Source: Raillietiella orientalis
Lineage: Eukaryota
Length of the DNA: 64,000 nucleotides
Assembly: GCA_036172245.1 (NCBI GenBank)
Contig: JAYWIR010000020.1
Span: 1,178,001-1,242,000 of the forward strand
Reading direction: 5' to 3'
Made by a program: the position numbers and the translations under genes. Below the pieces are notes generated by a model that saw only the letters and a list, made by a program, of their open reading frames with translations, had not been told where the DNA came from and did no database searches. Each line of letters begins with the position of its first letter. Positions within the stretch are counted from its first letter, which is position 1. Of this stretch, positions 25,190 to 36,172 are shown piece after piece.

Positions 25190-27420
25190 CGTGAGGTATT
25201 CGGGGCCCATGCAGCAAATTTTGTGGGGGTTCAGTGGAATGGTGGGCACAAATACACATCATCGCGATGCAGCTATGTTGTTGCCCCTGGCATTTTGCGG
25301 AAGATCCGCCATTGCACATCTCAGGGAAGAAAGGGAGCAGCGGAAAGTACCCTGGAACGTACGGAGTTTCCCGGGAATCCACGGATCCGTTCTGGGGCAG
25401 GAGTATGGCGAAACCACGGAGCTGGGAAACCCGACTTTTCGGGAACTTCAAGGAGGAATGAGGCCGGATCCTGAGAAAGCGACGTGCCGGCCGCCATGAT
25501 CTGGAAGCGCGAGCCGTAAGAACAGCAGCCGCCAGATCGGAGGGGTACTTCATCACCTTTCGGTGCCGCTGTTCATGAGCGGAAGAACGGAAGGAAGAAA
25601 GAGAGAAAGAGAAAAGGAAAAGAAGTGGCACCTTCGAAGGACCTGCTGGTCGCCTGGGTGCCTTCAGGACGCTGTCGACAGCCTCGTGCGCAGACTCCGA
25701 ACTGACGGAACGGGAAATCTGATGGAGTCTACGGACCAAAATGCCCACGGCGGAAGGCAGCAGCGACTCACTCGGAGGCGAAGAATGATCCAGGAGGACT
25801 TCCCTCCGCAACCAGGCAACGGGCGGAGCGGCGCGAGAGAACAGCCAGCGGCGCTCTGGTAGAGATGCACTACACGTTCTCGCACGCCTGTCTCCTGGCA
25901 ACCTGCTTTCGCTGCTTCCCTGTGTTTCTCCGTTCCAGGAAACACGCAGCACGGGAAGGGCCGTCGCCACGGCCGTCGCGAAGGAAACGACCTTCACCAA
26001 GGAAGGCGATCACGAAAGGCGTCAGGATAAACCGGTCGGGATAAGCTGGGGCTTCCGTTCTCCGGTAGTCTATCCGGGATGCGCGTGCGGATCGATGAAA
26101 GGAGCCCCGGAAGGTCTCAGGCGGACCAGGTGTTCTCAGATTCACTCCAGGAAGATACCGGCGCGTGGTTCCAGGTGCCCGAGGTCGAGGAACGAAATGG
26201 AAAGTCGGCATTGATCTGTACCTCTTCCTAGACGGACGCTCAACGGTACGCCGGCCGTGACTCGCCGCTGGCGGTCCTCGGGGGCCGGGAAGGAGGTAGC
26301 CAAGTGTTTTTCGGGAAAAGGCCGCGGGCAAGGTCAACCAAATGAGCGAGCTGACCGCCCCGAGGGTTGATGCTCTTCTGAAACGGGTTGCGGGGCCACG
26401 CCGCTGTCAGCCGTCTGTGCGCTCCCCCTGCAAAAACGCCGTTCGTAGTCACCTCCTCCGAAGCCCTCCGTTGACCCCTTCGGATGGGGAGATCGCTTGC
26501 TGTTCGGTGGAGTTCCTTTGGCTCTAGGGGTCGACTGTCTCCCTCTCGGCGGACCGTTCCCTACATTCCCTTTGGACTGCTCTCTCGCTTTTGTGGGCCG
26601 GAGGAGAGAATGAGTCAGTGATCTTGGATCACGAATTCGCTTCCTTCTCTGCTCCCCCGGGGCCGCGGCGCTCGCTGCGCCAGTGGCTCTCCCGGGCGAA
26701 GCCGCGCGCGGGTATCTCCGAAGAAAGAAGAGGATGAGCGATTGGGAGGGATGAGGATTCGAACCTACCTCGAGGGAGAGAGGCCGTAAAGATCGGAGGC
26801 CGTCAGGTGGCGGCGATCGACGCGCGGTCCTCGGCAACAGTAGGAGGAAGGAACCGTTTCCACTGAAGCAGCCTCCCCACTCCCTGGTTTCCCATCCACC
26901 CCTTTTCCTTCCCCTCCCCCTCCGGAAATGCAAACGGAGAGGAAGGGGGCGTGCGGGAGGCTCAACGGGTACCTGGGCGGGGCCGTGAGGGGAGGGCCCT
27001 CTTCTCCCTAGGGGAGGCTCTTCCTTGTCATCTTCTCCTTCCTCCTCCTGGAACCCCTCCTTGCTCCAAAACGGAAAGAGGGAAGGGCACGATCGAGATC
27101 CTCCCCTCCCTCGGGAAACCCCTTCGATCCCCTGGCGGGGCGGTAGCCAGGGCGTCGCGCCCCCTCCCCTCTCCCTTCTTCTCCCTCCCTTTCCTGGCTG
27201 TGGCCTCTGCAGCCGTCCTAATTCGATAAGCTGGAGGGACCGGGACGCCAGGCCCCAGCTCCCCTGGAGCAAGCAGACGAGGTTGGCCGGGAGGGGCGCC
27301 CGAACAGGAGCGTCCCCCCTTCCCTTCCCCTCCCCCTCGGCTTTCCCGCCCGGAAGGAGCGGTTCTCGCGTGGAAATTCGATTCTCGAGGAGGGAAGAAG
27401 GAAACGGAAAGAAGGGATTC
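25190..27420 (-). mobile_element. Decayed R1-like non-LTR retrotransposon ORF2 (APE-RT-CCHC)
   Basis: Minus strand. APE remnants: ISTREP, WLPPRQGIE (~27125-27150), FPFWSK (~27060-27080), VDRRHL (SDHR-like). RT remnants: RKTLGYLL, GRRTVE (26239-26256), ILTP, VKVVSFA(D) (25965-25997). C-terminal CICAHHSTEPPQNLLH is zinc-knuckle-like (~25205-25260). Confidence 0.6.
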
Positions 27421-28244
27421 TCCGGGACCCTCGCGCTCGCGGAGAACCATCGATCCCAAGGAATAAACTCACGAGAAGAGAGCCCTACGACCTTTCTCCC
27501 TTCTCGGAGGGGCGGGACGTAAGGGAAGAGGGGGCGCTTTCTCGCCCGAGGGTACCGCCGTGGGGAAGGGACGGGGACACCCCTTTCTCTCTGGAGAAAG
27601 GTGCGGGAGAAAGATTTCCCTCCCCTCTCAGCATCCCTTGCGCGCGACGCCTCCGGGCGGCAGTTGTGGGAGTAGGCGAAGGAGCCGTGAGAGGTCACTC
27701 GAGAAGAGGTGTCTCCCTCCCTGAGGCCACAGGAATCCTCCCAGAAAACGAGAAACCTCCCCTCTTCTTTTAGGCAGAGACCTGCCCGGCGCGATTCCCT
27801 TGCTCATGTGCGAGGATAGCGCCGGGGATTTTGCTCCGCCTTCCCAGAATCCGGGAGAACAGTTCTTGGGAGCTCCTCTTCCCTTCCCTCCTCCCTTCTC
27901 TCTTCCGTCCCCCGACACCGTGAGGAATTGCGGAGGGAAGAGGAGGAGGGAAAGGGGAGGGTCGACTTTCCCTTCTCTCCCAGCATTCGGACCGAGATGA
28001 GATTCTTCCTCTCCTCGCAGCGGGACGCCCCGAGGAGGTCGACCTCCATGCGACGGCGGCGACGCGGGGAGGGAGAAAAGGGGGGAACGCGGCCACTTCT
28101 TTTTCTCTTCCTCTTCCTTTCGCTCCTTCCTTTCCTCCTCCGAAGGAAGGAGGAACGAGGCGGAGAGAGAGGGAAGAGGAGGAGGAGGAGGAGGGCGGAC
28201 AAAAAGGGGTGGCGGAGCGCACGGACGGACACGTCATTGAAACC

Positions 28245-28304
28245 CGGCGGCAGCGACGACGATGAAGGCGAAGGCGGCGACGACGACGACGGCGGCGGCG
28301 ACGA
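28245..28304. repeat. Imperfect (GGC/GAC)n trinucleotide block directly after the Shal exon donor
   Basis: ggcggcagcgacgacgatgaaggcgaaggcggcgacgacgacgacggcggcggcgacga. Confidence 0.8.
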
Positions 28305-28309
28305 CTCAC

Positions 28310-29424
28310 CCCAGGGTCGTCATGGTGACGATGGTGTACCAGAAGGCCGAAGGGATGGAAGTGAAGTTGGTGTCCTCCACGTTCTTCTCCGCGTAGAACA
28401 TCACGGTCGCGAAGATGATGATGGCCATGGCCAGGGAAAACACCAGAAACCCCAGCTCCGAGGCGCACGACTTGAGAGTGTAGCCGAGGATCCTCAGTCC
28501 TTGGGAGTGGCGGGAGAACTTGAAGATGCGGAACACCCGGAAGACGCGCAGCGTCACGAAGGCGCCGGAGACGTCGTCGTTGTCAGTGATTAGGAGACCG
28601 ATGTAGTAGGGGAGGATGGCCACTACGTCGATGATGCTCATGACGCTGCGGATGAACTTCCAGCGATCCGGAGCGGCGTAGAGGCGCAGCAGGTACTCAG
28701 CGGTGAAGATCATCACGCAGGCGGTGTCCAAGCAGAAGAAGACGGCCTTGTACCGCTCCCCGCACGGCATGGACGCGCTCCGGAACTGCTGGCGCCCGCA
28801 GGGGACCGTTTCGATCACGTTGGCCATCACGGACACGGCGATGAAGAACCCCGTGACGTAGTAGAACACCAGCGCCGAGGTGGACGTGTGGGGCACCTCG
28901 AAGGCGCGCCACATCTTCTCCCTCGCGGTGGTCAGCCGCACGGTGGCCTGGTCCTCCTTTTCGGAGATCCGGTCGTCTAGCAGTCGCTCCGAGTTTTCAC
29001 GCTTCCTGTCCCGGTAGTCCTCGTAGCAGCAGTCCCCGATGACGTCGGGGATAATGCCGAAGAAGGCCAGCTCTTCGTCGTAGCTGGTCAAGCACTCATG
29101 CTTTGGATAGTGCAGCTTGCCTGTGCGGTAGTAGTTGAGGATGTGTCTGAATATGTCCGGGTCCCGGTCGAAGAAGTACTCATTCGTGTCCTCGTCATAG
29201 AAAAACTCACGCTCGTTGGATCCTAGCAACGTGTCCGGATATTTCTCCAGGGTGTTCCTCCACGTTTCGAACTTCCTCCCGGATACGTTGATGGACAGTT
29301 TTTCGTCGTCCGCCCGCCTCTTGTCCTTGGACAGAGGCGGCGGAGGGAGGGGATTGTTCGCTATGGGGACCCAACCGATCGCAGCGGCCCTCGCAAAGGG
29401 CAACCACGCTGCCACCGATGCCAT
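28310..29424 (-). CDS. Shal: Shal/Kv4 voltage-gated potassium channel alpha subunit, first coding exon (N-terminus, T1/BTB, S1-S5, start of pore)
   Basis: ORF begins [18 protein letters not shown] (Kv4 N-terminus) and has the T1 domain ([25 protein letters not shown]...[25 protein letters not shown]), S4 [15 protein letters not shown] and pore [22 protein letters not shown] at 29424 is in gccATGG context. The exon ends CTG GG|GTGAGT, a phase-2 donor at 28309 inside the TTLG-YGD filter. Confidence 0.98.
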
Positions 29425-29830
29425 GGCCGTCCTCTGGGGCGCTCGACTGTCTCACGTCTGTCACGCTCGGGGTGGAAGCATTTCGGGATGCACCTCTTCG
29501 GGAGGGGAGGGGCAGGAACTTTTCCGGAACGAGCTCGGCCCTGAGCCCCCGGGGCTGTTCAGGTCGCTGTGTGCTCGCTCAGAAGGCAGCGGGAGGGAAG
29601 CAGGTGCTGCTGCCGATCCGCACCCATACGGCTTCCCACGAAGAACAGGGAACGAGGGGAGCGGGAGGGAAAGGAGTGCGACTTGCTGCTGCTGCTGCTG
29701 CCAGCGATGAGGAAGATGCTGATGACGAAGGTGCGAGGTTTCACAATGACACGACTGTCAAGAGTTGGCACTTGGCGATCGACGACGCCGGCGGCGATAG
29801 GGGCATGGCGAGCCAGGGGGGAGGAGGACA

Positions 29831-29866
29831 GGGGAGAAAAAGGGGGAGAGAGAGGGGGGGGAGGGG
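29831..29866 (+). promoter_or_regulatory. G-quadruplex consensus motif ~400 bp upstream of the Shal ATG (template strand)
   Basis: GGGG-N7-GGGGG-N7-G8-N1-GGGG fits G3+N1-7 x4. Function is not shown by the sequence. Confidence 0.4.
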
Positions 29867-30766
29867 AGAATGCGTTCCCGAAGATCAGCCGGGAACCATC
29901 GAGGGGGAAAAAAAAAAAACACGCAGGAAGGACGCTCGCGGGCTCTCCGGGACTGGCAACCGGCGGAGGCGCTTCCCTGGTGTTGTCTTCCCCGCCGCGT
30001 TCGGTGCGGAAACTGAAATAACCGGCACGATGTCGTCACGGGAGGCCCAGAGCGGCTCCGCGCAAGCATCATCGCAGTCATCTCTCGTGGGCAGCCTTTC
30101 CCGGCGGTACTGCGCATTTCGTCATTGATTTTGCAACATAAATTCGCATCCCTACCTGCTCTCCGGGCAGAGGATGCTGCGGACTCGGCCTCTCGTCGGA
30201 GGAGGGAGCCGACGACGAGTATCACAAAAAAAAAGCTAGACCTTCCGCGAGTCGCGAAGGACTGGAGAAGTAAAAAAAAAAAAAAAAGAAAACAAAAAGA
30301 AAAAAGGACAAGGACGGCGCGCGTTCGTCGACGTTGTTGTGGTGATCACCGGAAAAATCCGATCCACTCTCCCAAAAGAAGCGAGTCGAGCCCTCGGCAG
30401 CACGTGCTAAACTTCAGTGAGCATTTCTTTGTTTCTTTTTTTTTCCTCCCTTTTCCTCCTCACCCCGGGTGGAAAAGAAGAGGGGACCGGGGATTCTCGC
30501 TCACGAGGGTTTTCTCAAGAGGATTCCTACACCCAGTGTCGCCACGTCTCTCATTCTTCCTCCTCCACTCGAGGTCCAGGATCACGAGTTACGCTCCGGG
30601 TGCTCAGAAGAAGACCGTCGAGAAGAAAAGAACTTTCCAAGGGGTTACTTTGGAAACCAAGGGACTCGGCGGAGCAGTTCATGCCACTGTGTCGCTTCCT
30701 GAAGGCGCGGAGGGTCGCTCTTGGCACGCCCCTGCTGCGCGGCATTGCTCTCCAGATCGCGGGGCT

Positions 30767-30848
30767 ATTTTGCGTGTCATCCTTGCGCAGGGGCATGCTA
30801 ATCTCTATATCGTTCCAATTTTAGTATATGTACAGCCGAAGCGTGTAA
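30767..30848 (-). pseudogene. U6: U6 snRNA-derived copy, 3'-truncated and mutated
   Basis: Minus strand reads TTACACGCTTCGGCTGTACATATACTAAAATTGGAACGATATAGAGATTAGCATGCCCCTGCGCAAGGATGACACGCAAAAT. This is colinear with metazoan U6 nt 1 to ~86. Differences: ACAGAGA box changed to ATAGAGA, a 3-nt deletion after it, a 1-nt deletion in the ISL, and no 3' end or U-tail. Confidence 0.92.
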
Positions 30849-33800
30849 AATGGCTATCGAGCTCGTGTGACAGCGTTCCTTCAGAGGTCCGGTCTAGCTT
30901 CCCCGTGCTGCTACTGCTGCGGCGATGGATCCAGGCGCCTCGAAGGGAACCAACGATCGCCACTGTGGCTGGTCCATAGAAGCAGCATAGTCGTCTCACA
31001 CGCCGCTCCGCATCAACGACTGAAGGAGGCGGGATGAGAATGCTCTCTGAAGGTCTTTCAGCTGCAAGCAGAGGCAGGAGAAGTGCTCCTCTTTCACGGC
31101 ATCGCGAACGGGCGCCGTGGACGAGGGGGGCTCGCGGAGCACCGCCATCCACGAGCTGCAGTGACGGCTACCTGACTGCTTGATGTCCTTTCCGGGAGTC
31201 CAAAAGTCTTTCCAGAAACGAGGGGGTGGCTTCAAATTTTTACGCATGTCCCAAAAAAGAATGTCCCGACCCACATTCCTTACGAAAAACCTGAGGGGAA
31301 CACAAAATCTGCCTGGATGACCGCTGTGGTGGTCACCAAAACTGTAACCTCACATCAAATGGTCGAACTGATCCAGAAACTAAATAGGCAGATGCGCGCG
31401 CGCGCAAGTTGTATACGCACAAGCACGTGTACATACGTGAGCATCAGTATGCGATTCGGCAGTACATGCTTGCGTGCACGCGCATGCGCACACGGCAACC
31501 CCGGTTTCGAGTCTCTGCCGGTAGTTTCTGGGTTCCTTCGGAAGCCAAATGTGTTAGGCTGCAGGTCACGGGCGTCTCCTCTCGTTGCATGTTTCCTATC
31601 TCAGTCCTCCTTACGTACAGAGGGGGCTTCGAGAATCCTTCCTTGCAATTTATAGCTGACCTCTTAATTCGGAGGAAGAGTTTCACGTGGAAGAAACCTG
31701 CCCCGGCTCAGTAAGATTTACTCCATGTTGGTACTGGCAGGAGCAAAATAATGGGCGTTGATAACATTTCCAAAAAGCCCGAAGTCCTGTAGATCTCATC
31801 TGCGTTACCTAGCTCTCATCTTTGCCAGGATCAATCTATAAACATTGACTATTGCTTCAGTGTTTAGATTCAGCAAATCTCTCTTAATACGATGTGACCT
31901 TGGAACAATGTTTACCTGTCTATTAGGTACTGCATCTTGCCATCGCATGTATAAGAATATGTCAGCATATGGGATGCGTGAAATAACAGGAACGGTAAAT
32001 ACGCTCGGCTCACAATGAAACCGAAAAAGATGAATCTTCGCCGGAAGCTGCTGAAATCGCCTTCGCCTCCATCTTGTCGTTTTAAGATGGGCGCACCCCT
32101 CCGAGGATGAAAAAATCTCGAGCTGATTCAGGTATCTGACTCAGGAGATTACATAAATCTTCGTATCTTCACGTAGAACCGGATGCTGTGTCCAACACGA
32201 AATTCCAAAAGAGCCTTGATTTGTAATTGAAGCGGCAGCAAACTCATCTAATTACTGAAAAGAAACTGATGATATTTCTGAAGGCCAATGATTGGTGGGC
32301 AGTTGATCATCTTTCACGTAGTGTTTCATGATATATGAACTTAAAGTTTTCAGCTCCGTTGTGGTAACATCTTGATCGAAATGCACAGATGAAGTGGAGA
32401 TTTCATAAGCAAAACGCCCATGATTAAAAATGCTATCGAACCGGAGAAGAAAAGCTTGATCTTCGAAGGAACTCTTTGGTGGCGTCATCACGATATTTTG
32501 AGGGGGAAAAGCACAAGCAGCAGAAGACATGTTTTGGGTCTTTGTTCTTTTTTCTCCCTTACATGTGTTCCTTGGTGTCATTATCTAGTCTGCCTGCGAA
32601 TTAATTCATGCCTCGATTGAGCTCATTATGCAGAAATTACTATTCTTGACATCGTTTGTCTTTTTTTATTCGAGCATGCATTTTGTTCAATTGGTTTCTT
32701 CTCCGGCCGTAAGCGAGAAGTCCAACGCATCAATGATAGGCGATTCTCCATTACTCTGACGAAGTTACTGATTTGGTGACATGGGAAATTTTGGCCAAAC
32801 AGTGAAATGAGGTGATGTAGAAGATGGATGCTAGCAGTAATCACGAAGCACTTTCGTCCAGTTCACTACGGACGCTGTGATCGGGGAATGCACTTCCGCC
32901 TTCATTTCTGAAGGATCGACGAAGGGAACGGTAGCAAAACTCACTTTCATCTTCACCATTCCTACGAATACACTTCCAAGGTTTTTTTCTTTCTTCTTCT
33001 TGTTTTAGTGAATCTTTATCACCTTGCTTCTTGTAGATGAACATTCCATTTGTGGAGCACCTGCATTCGCTGTTTGCTGGAGTTAACATGAATGTTAATA
33101 AAAAGTCCTGAATGTTTGCAGTAAAACCTAACAGAATTGGAGGCCAATTTTGTATATCTTGTCTCCTCTTTCTTGTATTCAACACCTGGCCCCTGTTTAT
33201 GTGTATGTATGTAAAAGTTATGCTAGGAGTGACATTTGAAACAGCAGCACATGTAAATGTTAAATCTGATGATTCCATGTGTTTGAATACGGAAGTGCTT
33301 GACCGGAAGCAGTATGAATAATCTCAGATGCATGATTCCATTAGTGGAAAACGATTTAGCCGATTCGGATATCCGATTTTTTCTCAATGGGAACGTCTTT
33401 CATGAAATTTTCACTTGGTTGGAAGAAGTCAGTTGCCACAGCGAAAACCAAAGCCAACCTCGAAGTCCTCCTACTTTAGAGATCCGAGATTTCCTTCATT
33501 TGTGGCAAAAAGGCGAATATAGCAAAGATCGGCATTTCAAGGATTTTCAAATTCAAACTCGGAAGATTCTGGAGCTGGAAATGGACGCGATGGAAAAGAA
33601 AAAAAAAAAAAAAGCATTGATGGACAGTTAGCAAGTACAAAGAGACATTAATTATATCGAAGGATTATTCCTTCATCAGTCTTCCTTCCAAAAAGCATTT
33701 CTACTCTGGATCCTTTGCTGCAAAGCAATCCTTTTCTGCAGAGTAAAGATGAGAAACTCGATTGCACGTGAAGAGGCTGAAAAAGACACATTCCTTACGT

Positions 33801-35479
33801 AACCTTTTTTTTGGCATCATCCGATGGAAGAACAACTTCAAAATTTAGCAATAGTGGCTGAGGAATTTAACAGTTCCAATTAGTTTCAAATCCATAATCA
33901 CTTCCATACACGATAATCTTTTCAGTTTCCAAACATAGGAGTGGAAGCTCATTAGATGGTGGACTCTTGGGAAAAGCACATTTCGCTTTTTTGGATTCCG
34001 AAAAGCTTCCCAATCTATTTGGAATTTTGATGGTTCCGATGCACATAGCCAACCTTTTGAAAAGTCTGGCAACTTGTGTGCATAGAAAGCATCTAAAATA
34101 ATTTAAGGTAAATTCTAAGGGGACTGCTGCGGTGAAGGTTCCCTCGTTTCCAATGCCAGTTTCACAGCACATGGCACGAGAGTCCTTCATGGGGCTTCCC
34201 TGTGACCGTTCAACGCTTCGTCTTCAGTCCAGCTGCTGCCCATCTTTGCAAACACAAAGGAAGAAACTAAGAAAAGAAGAGGGAAGCAGTGAGGAGGGGA
34301 GCAGAATTTTCAGCGAGTTCTGCTCAAAGTGATCCGAGAAGAGTTGAGAATCTAACGGCCTTCTAGTGTGAGAACAGTTGATCAACCCCTAACATACTCC
34401 ACTGTGGTCACAAAATGACTGAACTGCTCTCTGAATGGTGTAATTGGAGAGAATTTTTGAACACCAAATGAGACTTTTCTCTGCCAGCGCGATTTTCGCC
34501 GCAAGCGTTTCTTCTTCCGAGTTTCGCAAAATGGCATTTGAGAGTCATCCGATCGTCTCCTAACAGTTCTCCAGGCGGGTAAAGGAACCCACCTTTGAAA
34601 CTTTCGTTTGCTTCCTAGCCTGGTAGTTTGCTCACAGAAAAGACTTTGCTAGCGACTGCTCTCTCGAGCTCAGTTGATAAAACAGTAAGAATGGAATAAC
34701 AGAATGGTCGAGGGGAAAAAAAAAAAAAAAAAACCCTTTAACCATTCCGTTTGCTTCGAGTGTTGTTCAGTCATCAATCCGAGTGTTGCCATGAGTGACA
34801 GGATGGACACGTGCCAATACCAAAGCTGAAAAGTACACTCTTGGCAAAGGCGCAGGACAAGAATTCCTCCTCCCGTAGGTGCACCTCGATAGCGTCCTGC
34901 TTCTATCTTAAACAGTGCATTTGATATGTATCGAAGTGTTGTTGGCATTTTTTTCGCCCCTCCAAAGTGTAGTTGAGACCACACGATGCACCTTCACGGT
35001 AGTAAACATCAAAGGTATGTTTTGATCTCTAATAGAGCTCGCATTCTTGCTTGCTGGAATCTCATCGTCACTACTAGAGACATTTAATCTCAGAATTCAT
35101 CAGTTATTCTCCATTAATTATAGTAAATTTTAGGGGATTCTTCATTTCTGAGCAAATAATGAGAAATTCTAATCCGCTTGGACTGCTGTTTTATCTTATA
35201 CCACGACGATAACTGCTTTTCCATAATGGATCTCTCAAGCATGAGCCTGATATTCACTTGCACAATCCGTAGGAAATTTTGATTATACAGAAGAGAGGAT
35301 TTTTGTGCAGGCTTTCGTTTCGGTATGGATAAGCGTATGATATCGTATGGAATGTTCTTCTATATGGGATCACAGCAGTTCCTTATCAGATCTACGCGCA
35401 ATTCCATATGGGATCGCAGCAGAGCAGCAGCAAACTCTCACTCGAAAACTCCTTCATTCTATTATTCCCTTGACAGCAG

Positions 35480-36172
35480 AACATTGAAAAACTCTTATTT
35501 TGTTAACTGTTTTAGGATGGGCAATTGCCACCACACATTGGGATCGCTCTTTGTAGTCACCAAGAAGATCCCTCGAGTATGCAAGTGGCGAAATCGCAAA
35601 ATGTCCGTCCTTGCAAAGCCGAAATGAACACAAACCGTCTATGAGCAAATCGACAACAGATGATGACTACGCAGGCGGGCTGCAATCTGAGAAATTCCAT
35701 CTCTGTAGGTGTTTGGCTGAATTGGATAGATAATTTTCAAAGCGTGCCTTTCGGTGGAAAGAACACAGCCTCCGATACGGAACTACCGAGTGCGAGTTGT
35801 GAGGTTCCAAGCACTCATTTGAGTGGACCAAACTCTGAAACTCCAGTAGTCCACATAATGGAGAACAAGCAAGTTTCATTTTATTTTTGCCATAGGAGTT
35901 TAGCCCGGTTTTCTTCCTATATGTTTTCGGCTGCTCCCAACAAGCGAGGTGGCTTTTATAAGGTTCAGGAAGACATCGGGCAACAAGAACAAAAGAAGTT
36001 TCATTTGCTAAAGCGGAAATTTAGCGGCATATGTTTAGGACATATCTTGACTTGGAACATGGACTTTCCCAAGTTTTCAATCTATTATACACGGAAAATC
36101 CGACTTGTTCTGCTGAATTCCCTTCCATTTGGTATTCTTACTAGCAGTTTTGGTTATTTTTCAGAACCCTGA
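35480..36172 (+). mobile_element. Decayed CR1/L2-like reverse transcriptase fragment
   Basis: ORF 35660-36172 has G.WLNWIDNF, SCEVP...SGP (SGVPQGSVLGP-like), MFSAA (MFADD-like), VQEDI and F...K...ICLG in CR1 order. The upstream frame has FRMGNC..T and LAKP (DFAKAF-like). Confidence 0.65.

Larger units (their letters stand above)
1..28309 (-). other. Probable intron of Shal following the first coding exon (extends beyond the window start)
   Basis: Canonical GTGAGT donor at 28309-28304. The expected continuation (YGDMVP...S6 PVP) is absent from the ORF track and from my non-exhaustive scan of 1-28300. Confidence 0.75.

Noticed and set aside
27770..30128. Long ORFs overlapping or antisense to the Shal exon (27770-28468, 27928-28593, 29216-29710, 29418-30128)
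   Set aside because: Low-complexity Arg/Gly/Asp-rich shadows of GC-rich codon usage and trinucleotide repeats, with no recognisable domain.
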